Of a stretch of 64,000 bases of DNA, positions 25,592 to 37,500 are shown in pieces. The stretch comes from Antedon mediterranea (lineage: Eukaryota; Animalia; Echinodermata), in contig NC_092672.1 of assembly GCF_964355755.1 (NCBI RefSeq), positions 34,540,437 through 34,604,436 of the forward strand. Reading direction: 5' to 3'. A program made the position numbers and the translations under genes. The notes below the pieces were generated by a model. It was not told the DNA's origin. It made no database searches and saw nothing but the letters and a program-made list of their open reading frames with translations. Position 1 is the stretch's first letter. Every line of letters begins with the position of its first letter.

Positions 25592-28500
25592 TTATAGCTT
25601 GCTCTTCCAACACGAGGGATCTGACTGCAATTCTGATTTAAGAACATCCTGGTCACTCAGAAGAAACTCTGCGAATTGCGACACAACAGGGTCAGAGTTC
25701 ATGCTGGCAGCTGCGACTACACGATCACCCCTTTAAAAAAAAATTTCATTTTAAATAAATTCTAAAGATTTAACGTTTTTATATATGTTTTCTAGAGTGG
25801 TTCTTGATACCTTAAGATAAAACACACAGCCAACACAAAAATTGATAATTATGAAATTAATCTTACTTTGTATAATAAGCAACAAATTTCAGTTCTTCTA
25901 AGCTACCATCAATAATAACATCATCCATGCCATTACTGTACCCTGCAAATCGTACACTTTTCCCAAAAATTTGCGTCCAGAAATAAGGTACGCTCTTCAC
26001 TTCTGTCTCCTGGTCTAAGACATTTAATGCTGCTGTACGACCTGAGAGAAAAACAAGAAGATAGTTATAAATGTCAGTTTGTGTTTTTGTACATCTTCTT
26101 TGAAAAAATGCATTGATGTTCATGTAGCAAGACAAACTAAATCTCAAGAGCTTAAGCTACATCTGTATTTTAAAACTGCCTTATGACATGTGGCTATATT
26201 CAGCACCACTTAAGAATGGTTTCCACTAGGACGCAACACAGGAACATAAGCCATAAGGTAAGCGAATTGACCAATCAAAAGCCATATATTTTTCCAACTG
26301 TCGCTTGTGATTGGTCAATTCGCTTGCGTTGCAGCTCATGTCCTTGCGTTGGTTGCATCCCAGTGGGAACCAAGCTTTAGGCTATTAGGGAAATATAAAT
26401 TCTCATATATAAGTTACATCCTTTAAATATTGATTATTTATTTATTGACTTTAGTGAAATACTTATTTAATAGAAATATTCAACTTGATTCAGATAGGTA
26501 ATATATAGACATTGAAGCCTGCTGCTGTAAGAAGCTTAGATGGTTGCTGTTCCTCAGCTGAGAGGTTGTAGACAGAGTGTTTACAACTCACCATGTGCAT
26601 GTGCCATCTGCCAGTGTCCTATTGATACCTTTGCATCATCAGCAATGCTCAATGGGAACTCCACTATATCTCCAGCAGCATATATATTATCCTTATTAGT
26701 TTTCATAGTCTGTAAAAAATGATACAGGTATGAAATTATATAAAGCTTTTTCTACACTATCAAACTTTATGTGACAAAAAATGTGATGTGCCCATATATA
26801 GACATGATGATATCATATCAATACCATATTTGGGTATATCACATCACACTTATTTTTTTCACATAAACTTTGACTGCACACGTGCCAATTCATGTGGTAA
26901 TGATTTTGTCCTGTTCTATTCTCTACCAATATACTGTAGCAGACTATTGTTACCACTTTTTAAGATAATTTATAAATTCCTACTATCTATTTCTTTCTTT
27001 GTTAAACTAGTGTATTTTATTTTATTTAAAAATGTTTTATTTGATTTCAATTGGCAAATCTACAGCGGGGAGTAGATACAAAACAAGACAAAAGAACATG
27101 ACAAGGTCCACAAGAACCAATTACAAACAATTCTTAATTTGGATTTAAATAAAGATAAAGAATTTTTAATATAAAAAGAAAAGTGTAAAAACTTCTCTGG
27201 TTTGGTTACTTTGATGTACCTGTTCTGTACATTATCAAATTTTGAAAGAATTTCATTTAGCTTCGATTTTGTATAGATGACAAATTTCGTTTTTGTAAAA
27301 GCACAAGTTAACGGAGTACTTACTCGAACGTTTCGATCTCTATCAGAGATCCTTCTCAACTGACTGCGGAGTGTTAATGCAGCTTGGTCATTCTTGACGT
27401 CATCTGTTGATGACGTTGGGGAAACAGGGAGGGCATTACAAACACGAATTAATGATCACAAAAAAGATGTTACAACAAACACGGGGGGAGTAATGACTAG
27501 GGCCTCCAGAACATCCACATCTTCGATCATACACAAATCTGCCATTACAGAACATGTCATAAAACACAATCATGTACCGAACTGGGAGGCTACCATCTTA
27601 ACCAAAGAGCCTAAACGCAAAGACAGACAGATTAGAGAATCATTACATATAAGGAGAAATAAAGAGAAGACCATGAACCGGGACACTGGAGCCCACGAAC
27701 TCTCGCATTTGTACAATGATTTGATAGACACATCACCTGGCCGAGCCCCGCACAACCTCCAACCTACAACCGGAGGCGTACAACGTCATCAACAGATGAC
27801 GTCAAGAATGACCAAGCTGCATTAACACTCCGCAGTCAGTTGAGAAGGATCTCTGATAGAGATCGAAACGTTCGAGTAAGTACTCCGTTAACTTGTGCTT
27901 TTACAAAAACGAAATTTGTCATCTATTATCAAATTTGTCATTAAGAATTAAGAATTGCTTATTTCTTTACCTTGTCTACTATGACAGCTCCCCTGTCATT
28001 CATTACAACACCGCTATCTTTCAAGAACTCCGTTGATGGCGTCACACCAATGCCAACAACACACACATCGGCAGCAATCGTTTGTCCGTCTTTCAACACG
28101 GCTTCTCTTAATTTTCCCTCTTCTCCTTTCAGCTCGGTCACTCCATTGTTCATTATAAATTTGACATTCTTTTCTTCACAAAGCTAAAAAAATAGTAATA
28201 CAATTTAAAAATATTTTTTATACACCGATTATACTGTACCTAAATTGATAGTTCTCATTCAAAATGATACATATGCATATATAGTCATTAAATTTATGGT
28301 ATTGTGGTATGAATCCACCCTGGAATTAGTAAGTGAATATTGTATTGTTTACTGTTATCTAAAGATATGTTAAAATATAAATGCATAAATAAATATTTTC
28401 TGAAATATATAATATTATAATGGGGAGAGGGTAAAATTGCAGATACTTACCTTTTGAAGAGCGCCACCAATGTCTTTACCTAGACTTGCTTCATACGGTA

Positions 28501-31500
28501 CAGTTGACCGTCCAACAATGGTGACACTGCTTGCCTTGTTGGCCAAATAGGCTGCAACTTCCACCCCTAAATAAATTTAAGTAATAACTTTAGTGAGGTG
28601 ACATAGACAGTTTTGTGTGAGTGACATTATATTAAAATGCAATGTTCAAATTTGGTTTGTTTATATATTTAGGTAAATTGTCAAGGATAGCCATAAGCAA
28701 ATTCATTCACTATCCTTCTCAAAGGTGGCAGTCCTGTTCGTTCACAATACACACATATACACAAGATGCTCTACATAAACAAAGTCTTATTACAAGTCTT
28801 TGGGAGTGGAGTTTGTCATTAGAAAAAATCCTGACATGACAGGACTTGAACCCAGGACCCTTGAACCCAGGACCCTTGGATTGGTAGCCAAGCATTATAA
28901 CCACCAAGCCACAACTCCACTCTATTTGGCTGCAAATGAGACTGTAGTGTTAAGGAAGTTGTGAAATGTGAACTTACCTATAAATGAGGCTCCAATTATT
29001 ACTACATTCTTGCCTTTAGCATTAGCTACAATATGGTTACCATCTTCTGGAGTTCTCAGTAAACAGACATTTTCCAGGTCAGCTCCAGGAATTGTAAGCT
29101 TTCGTGGTCTAAAAATAGTTTACCATGTGTAAGTCATCATCATGTGGTTTGAATAGATAAAATACTCTGTCAGTAGTTATGTTAAAACAAAAGATATTTT
29201 TCTTATGCTCTCTCTACACTATCAAAATTTATGTGACAAAAACAATGTGATGTGCCCATGGACATGATTATGTCATATCACTACAATATTGGATATTGTC
29301 ATATGTAGGTCAGGCTTATATTTGGTTTTGAGAGCAAGGAAAGAGAAAGTTGGAGGATGGGTGTAAGTTTGGAGTGAAGTGGTAGAAGAGCATTCCATCC
29401 GACCTCCACACAAATTTTAATCATGATGTACTTACTTGCCACCAGTTGCAACAACAAGCGTGTCATAGACTAACGATTCTCCATTTTGGAATTTGACAGA
29501 ATTCAGCATTGTATCAACTGATACAGCTTCCATGCTGGTCTTGACATCAATGTCATAAACACTAAAGAAGTCAGCCTTTCTAAGAGCAAGAGAATCTGCA
29601 GTGGCATCAAGGGCCTGCAAGATTTTAAAAGTACATTATTATTGGAGTTTATTATCTAACAGCGATGATTAAATAACAGGATTGTGAAATTAATTGGACA
29701 AAAAAAATTGATGTGCCCAAATATGATATGACATGTCCATATGGGCACATCACATTTTGTTGTCACATAAGGTTTGATAGTGGAGACAGAGCTTTAGATT
29801 ATTTAACTGTTTATGCATCACACACTGTATACATAACAAAACTATAGCCAGTGGAGTAGTAGTGTAACGGTGTAATTTTAGTGTATCCGTTACTATACCA
29901 TATAGTCTCAGCGGCAGGATTTCACACAGTCACAAAATGTACCAACAGCAAATATGGTTTATGGTCAGATACAGCTTTATTTAAATATGCAATGTAATAC
30001 AGTCTATTCTGGCTATATTACATACCTTTTCTTCTCTCCATTATAAATGTTTTATTCTACCAAGCTCTTTTCCTTCTCTTTTTCTCCTCTTACCAGTGCA
30101 TCCATATTTTAAGGAACGGTCCTAATTAATATGCATGTACTGGGAGGGGACTATTTAGTAAAGGGAACATTCCATGATGATGAGGAAACAGTAATTGATT
30201 AAGGATGTGGGTTATAGGAGAGTGAATAAAGAGTACCTAGGGATAGGAAGAAACCACTAGGAATGTTAATAGATGGAGTAGGGAGAAATAGTGAAAAAGG
30301 GTTGTTGACCTGATGGTCAGAGTGTTACATTATTCCCTCTCTACCAAAGAAGTGTCCCACTTCGTATATTTAAAATAAAAGATAATTGTAATATAAAAGA
30401 AATTAAGTAATTAAGTAAATGCTGAAATTAAAACTGTATGCTAATTAAATTTAAGAAACAAAATCAAGCGTAGTAAAATATTTGTTCCCTGCTAGGGCGT
30501 CTAGCATATCCTCAATTCTGGGGAGGGGGTGGCAGTCTTTAATAGTGTGGGTATTGAGTTTTCGATAGTCTACACAAAAACGGTAAGACTTATCTTTTTT
30601 CTTTACCATTACGACAGGGGAGCACCAAGGACTATTGCTAGGTTCAATAACGCCTTTTTTCAAAAGGTCTTGAATTTGAGAATTAATTTCGTCCCTAATT
30701 TTTGGTGAAGTACGATATGCTTTCTGTCGAATTGGTTTAACATTATCTGTATCAATAGAATGGGATATTATGTCGGTGTGGCCAAAATCGGTTTTATCCT
30801 TACTGAAAATATCGGGAAATTGATTAAATAAATGGCCTACAGCAGTCGACTGGTCCTTGGTTAAATCACTAGGTAATACACATGGATTAATTGTTGTATG
30901 AGGGGCCTTATGAATATTAGGTTCTTGAGAAACAGTATGATCAACATCATCTACAAATGCATTTGTGCAAATAAACTCTAATGGAGAATTATCGCAATTG
31001 GTACCTGCTGTTGGTTGAATAATAGAAAATAATTTATTACAGAAATCAATTTTGACTGAATATTTGTCTAGAAAATCGAGACCTATAATGAAAGACCTAA
31101 CAACATTCTTAGCTACCAAAAATAATTGGGTATAAGCAACATTATTAATGAAAAATGGAATTTCAACCGTTCCTACAATATCTAAAGGAGAACCATTTAC
31201 TGACCGTGTTAAATACCTACTATTACTAGTACGAGTAAGGGTATGCTCAGCATGAAGATGAGTTAGGAAGAAATTATAATTTACTATTGAGACCTGAGCA
31301 CCTGTATCTATTAAAGCATTAACAATCTGGTTGGATACAAAAATGGGAATTTCGGATTTATTGTTTAATCGAACTTGGAGCCTCTGATGATCAATATAAG
31401 AATGGGTAATAACATTCTGAGCTGAGAATTGCTCCTTCTTCCCAGCTCTTCCTAGTTTTCCGGTTGATTTGAGAAGGAGACACGCCTATTAGTATGAGGG

Positions 31501-34500
31501 CTATTACTACCTGAACGATTATGAGGGGAATTTTCACGATTATGTCGTGGGTAAGGGCTTCCAGATCGCCGAGGAGTACGGTAGTGAGGAGATTGGGAGC
31601 GATTGGAATTATGATATCGGGGTGATTGAGATCTATTATTGTAGTAGTGTGGTGGACCAGGGCTGTATGACCTGGTATTCCGTTGGTCATAACGGTAGGG
31701 GCTTGGACTACTACGACGATCATGAGATCTACGATTATAATCACGGCGATGATGATACGGACTTGGGCTGCGTCGGTCGTGCCAGCGGGGTCTGTTTGCA
31801 TATTCGGGAAATCTACTTCTACTAGGTCTATCTATATCTATAGTTAATAATTTATTGACAGCATCTTTTAGAGCCATGACCTCTTGACGAAGGTCGTCTG
31901 TCTGAACCATATGAACAGGGGCTGGGGATTGTGATGATGGACCATAAAATTGAGTGGCCTCTTTTGAATATTCTATATTTTGGGCCACGCGCAAGGCTTG
32001 TGTAATGTTTGTTACACCATGCTCATGGCATTTTTGACGCAACTCTGTATCCAAACCAGCAATGAAACGTCTGAAGATTTCGCCATCTTGCGCAACCTGA
32101 CCATAAGTCGGGAAGACCTCGCGTACCAACCGAGCAATGTCGGCGGCATAAACTTGTAAAGACTCCCCAATTCGTCTTGGTCGGGACGTGAGAGATGATC
32201 GGAATGCCAGGTGTTTTAGTGAATCTTGGTCAAAGGTTTTAATTAATTCAGCTTGCGCTAATTGAAAGTTAGTTTTGATTCTGTGGGGCAAATTATCCCA
32301 AAATGTGAATGCAGCTCCCGATAAACGTGAAGGTAAAATACGAGCCTTTTCGGCTGGGGTCGTTGCAGGATTTGCTGCATCGAGAGCTACCTCAAGGCGC
32401 CGGCACCATACCGAAAAATCTTCGGTGCCATTACCCAGGAAAAAAGGGGGTAAATCAACTTTATATGGAACGGTGTGAGAATTTTGAGAAGAGGCGTGAC
32501 TTCTATGTAACGGGGACGGAAGGGTTATCGAGGGGGATGATGGGGTAATCGGGCTGGTATCTGTACCAGGTATCAGACTGTGTGTAGAAATTGGGGTATT
32601 AACAGCCGTATTTCCCGAACGTAAAAACATGTTACAATATTATTATATCTATACCTATATTATATCACCCGAAGAAAGAGGAGGTTATAGAAAAGAACTA
32701 GAAATGATGGATCACTTACCACTTCGTTAATATTGTGTTCAAATCAAGTTGAATATACTGTGGGCTATCCAAAATAATGTTTAAAAATAAATCAGCCAAG
32801 CCATCCACAAACAAAATGTTTATAAAAAGTTCCATCTGCGACTCAAAAGTATTAAACAAATTTTATACGTATCAAAGTTCGTATAAAGCGTTCAAAATAA
32901 AAAATGTCAAAAAAAAGTTAAACAAAAGGTCGCAAAAACAGTTAATGATCAATAGTAAAAAATCATCTTCTTTTCGGTCTTCGTTCTTCGTCTCTTTGCC
33001 TCGGTGTTTTTTTCTTCTGTCTTCCGTTTTCTATTTCTGGGGTTGGTCCTGCAATTGTTTCATCCAATAATCTTCTTTTCTTCTTCTTTTGCTCTTCTTT
33101 GTCTGTGTTCATTCATCCATCAGCATCTGCTGCTCCACAAATTCCAAATCTGATCCATCTTCTTGTTTTTTTTTTCTTCTTTTTTCTTTTTGTTTTATTG
33201 GCTTCTGTGGGTCCAAATTGGTGTGGGAACCAGTTGTAACGGTGTAATTTTAGTGTATCCGTTACTATACCATATAGTCTCAGCGGCAGGATTTCACACA
33301 GTCACAAAATGTACCAACAGCAAATATGGTTTATGGTCAGATACAGCTTTATTTAAATATGCAATGTAATACAGTCTATTCTGGCTATATTACATACCTT
33401 TTCTTCTCTCCATTATAAATGTTTTATTCTACCAAGCTCTTTTCCTTCTCTTTTTCTCCTCTTACCAGTGCATCCATATTTTAAGGAACGGTCCTAATTA
33501 ATATGCATGTACTGGGAGGGGACTATTTAGTAAAGGGAACATTCCATGATGATGAGGAAACAGTAATTGATTAAGGATGTGGGTTATAGGAGAGTGAATA
33601 AAGAGTACCTAGGGATAGGAAGAAACCACTAGGAATGTTAATAGATGGAGTAGGGAGAAATAGTGAAAAAGGGTTGTTGACCTGATGGTCAGAGTGTTAC
33701 AGTAGCCTTCAATGAAGTTTGCTCCTAAATGTTAGAAGAAGTTTGTATTTTTTTTTTTATGGTTTACTCTTCACTATAAAATCTTAAAATAGCATCGCAC
33801 CTTGCTCAACTTAGGTCTGTCGTATGGTACATGTCCTTCTTTAGTCGCCATCACTAATTGACCTTTGAACCCTTCCTGCCTCAAAGTCTCTGCACAAGTA
33901 GTAGCAGCAGCTCCTAGAAAAAAACAAAAATGTTGTTGACTTTGTGCTAATGTTTTTGCACCAAATCTCTGTCTACACTATCAAACTTCATGTGACAAAA
34001 TGTGGACATGATGTCATATCACTACCATATTTGGGCACAGACTAGGATAAATACGTACCTCCTCCTATTATTAATATTTTCTTGTCCTCATCAGGAGACT
34101 GGCAAGTCATCTCTTTGATCCGTTTATGTGATTCCTAGAGTGATAAAATCAAATGACTACATTGTTGACACAAAACCTATTTTTCTAATAATTAGCAGCT
34201 AGTAATTGAGTAATTAAGAGAGAATTTTCTTTTTTGTTAATCTAAAAATCAAAATCATAAAAAAAAAAAATTCAATCTGTTAATATCAGGAGAAAAATAT
34301 ATTTAAGTAGTAATTGAGTATGAGTTTTAATTAACAATTTTATAACGTTTAAGAGAATTGTTCAAACAACAGTTGATATTAACATCAATAAAAGTGAGAG
34401 ATAATATTAGGAAACAAGTTCTTTAATATAAGACATATCTTATGAGAGTTACTAAAAAAAAAAAATAATAACAAAATTAAGATATTATGTCATCACTATC

Positions 34501-37500
34501 TTACTTTATTATTACATGTCACAATGACATCATCTCCTTCAACTTTGACATCAAATTTAGGAACGCTATCAAGTCCAGGTGACTCCTCAATATCGCCTGT
34601 TTTACTGTTAAAACAAGCGCCGTGCCATGGGCAACGCACATGACCATTACTTAAAACCCCTGTAGATTAAAATAAATTGTAAAAAAAATTGAAGATTTTT
34701 TTCACTTTTTTTTAATATATGCCATTTTACAATATCACATAATAGAATATTAAAGATGTATTGTCCCTTTGACAAATCCCAAAAAAATATTTTTTTTAAA
34801 TATTTCGAAAAAAAGTGGGTCATTTTGAAGTATCATTATAGTTATTAACTTTCACCAAAAATTAGTCGAATCTGTGTAAAAACACCTTCTCAACTGCGAC
34901 GAGTTGTAAACAATCCTAATTAGCATCATGCATAATGCATACTAATGGTTTGAAATCTCTGGGCCTGTTCGTAGGGGTTGAAAATACCAGCTTATTCCCG
35001 ATTTCCGTTCGCGTGATCCAATTAACTTTTGCCTCAGGCTACAAAAAATTCGAGGTAAAATGTTCACCAAATTTGCAGGTTATTTCAGCGATAATCCAAT
35101 TATACTCGGCCTTCGAGGATAATAAATCTCAGATAGAGGCAATGTGTCAAATTTTGACAAACGTTTGCTGCCTAGGCCCGTCATTTCTCCTACGAAGCTC
35201 TTCCATACACGCTTCGAGAGCGATCGTCAGCTAGTGCTGTCCTTGTTGGTGTAGACCGCTTAGTAGGCCTAGCTGGTCGGTGGTGTTTCATGTAACATTG
35301 GGCTCAAATTCTTCGTCAAGGAGTAAAATAATGGTCGTCAGGAGAAGGCATATTTCGGCAGGATTATCGGCGTTAAGAGGCATAAGGTTTGTCGCAAGGA
35401 TAAGCAGTGTAAAAGGTAGCAAGTAATTGTTATTGTAAAGAAAGATCGCGAGTAAAAAATATACAACACGAAACTAGCGTGCGAAAATGGGGTCGTAGGT
35501 TGTAAAGACAACTGACCTTAAAACGTAATTTCCGGTTTGTGATTCGTCGATTAAGCAAATAAGCGGTTAAATATTTCAAGTACGAACAACGCTCAATTTA
35601 TAACCCGAGGCATGGGTGAAATTAAGCGCTTATTTTAACCACCGTACGAACACGATCTTTGTTTACTTTCGCTCGTGACGATTTTCCAGACGAAATGTAA
35701 TCAAATTAATTTACCTGTTAATTACGTAAACTTGTTGTTTTTGGCTCGAATTTTTGACAAAGTGAATAACTTTAATATTACTTTGATATGGCCAATTTAA
35801 ATTTAGAACATTTTTTTTTCATTTTTTTGTGTTTCAAGGGACAATAAAAAAAATTATTTACCTGAAAAAAAATGTAATTTAAAGCAAAAAAAACAATGGT
35901 TTTTGGTTGAAATTAAATGTTTCTTTTGTGTTTTTATAAGTGAAATAACTGCAAAATGGTCGGTCTATTTAAAGTCTGATTTTATTAATCTTAATTTGTC
36001 CTGTTTTTGGGGACATCTTTAAGTTCTGAGAGGAAACCAAAAGTAACAAATACAGCCGTTGTGTAAGAAATTATGATAGGTGTGTGAAGACAATGATTGA
36101 TATAGTCTGGTATATTAAACTGATTGCAACAATAGGCTCTTCATACAGATTGATTGAATACAAACAACTGTATATTTACCTACAGTAAACAACACTGTAA
36201 TACCTTAATTAATGCCTAGTGTAAAAAACGATTCATTATCATCATCATCATCATATATAATATTAAAAAAGGTGAAGAACAATTTTTAACAACCTACTGC
36301 AGAATGCAGAAGTAAAAAAATTGCATGTATGATTGATTTTCTCATATTTACCATGTTTCAAAAATCATATATTATAATATTATTATAGATGTGCAGGTGG
36401 TAACCATGTAAGAACCGAATTATTATGCATCATACCACCAGTATAAATAATAAATGCATTGCTTAAATTTTCTTTATGGTATAAATTATGAAATCTTGGT
36501 TGCTATTGCTACGATTATTCAAACAATATTTGTTTTCATATTCATGGAAAGTTATTTTTAGACAAATTCAGTTTAAAGAAATTATTGATTAGTTCAAAAA
36601 ATAGATATTATTAATTACTTGCAATATAAAATTGGGTTAATTTTTTTTTTAAATTACAAATCTCCACACAGTGAGCCATTATATATTTCACTTGTTTTTA
36701 CAATGTTAATACTGTATTAATAAATTTTAATGCATAGGAGATTACATTTCAATTGTTCAAAAAATAAAACAAAAATGAACAATTTCACACGTAATGGGAT
36801 TTTTGCTTGTGTAAAGTATTGTACTGTAAAATACTATTCCTAGTTATACATATTTTAGAATATCGTCTTTTGTTTATTATAGAAAATTTAATATATGCAA
36901 AGAAATGCAATGATAGAGCTATATCATCTATTGATTTTATAAAAAACAAAAATACTTTAAATAACCACAGGTGTAGGTGTATATGATTTAAATTTGTATA
37001 TTTGTAAATTTGAATATTTACCTTTAATAAGTGGAGCACCATAATGGGAACATTTGTGGCCAATTGCGCTGAATTCGCCGTGTTCACGGATAAGCAGTGC
37101 CTTCCCAGAACTCACTTCAACCTCTTTCATCCTACAATAAGAACGCATTCAAGATTATATTTTATTTATTTTTTAAAAATTTTATTCAATTTTCAGGCAC
37201 ACATACATGACAACACAGCGGTGCAGCACCCTGAGTGCAAAGCACTATCGAGATGGCTCTCCATATACTGCACTAGAACATATAAGACACACATATACAC
37301 AAGATGCTCTACATAGACAAAGACTTATTATTAAGTCTTTGGGAGTGGAGTTGTAAATTGTCATGAGAAAAAAACCCTGACATATGACAGGACTTCAACC
37401 CAGGACCCTTAGATTGGTAGCCAAGCATCATAACCACCAAGCCACAGCTCCACTCCATATAAAGAACAACACCTCCTATATTCAGGGAAAACCAATATTC

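Larger units (their letters stand above)
29863..33701 (-). mobile_element. Gypsy/Ty3 LTR retrotransposon, internally deleted (gag + PR + RT N-terminus only), in an AIFM3 intron
   Basis: Two 467-bp LTRs (29863-30329 and 33235-33701), TGT...ACA, identical by eye. 4-bp TSD GTAG at 29859-29862 and 33702-33705. PBS at 33220-33232. PPT GGTAGAGAGGGAATAA at 30330-30345. Confidence 0.95.

Noticed and set aside
31391-31825. Overlapping 136-aa and 92-aa ORFs within gag
   Set aside because: Alternative-frame or antisense shadows of the repetitive RS tail. The real pol frame is the third frame.
34935-35234. Transposase or THAP remnant in the Kolobok-like element
   Set aside because: No C2CH or DDE motif could be identified by eye.
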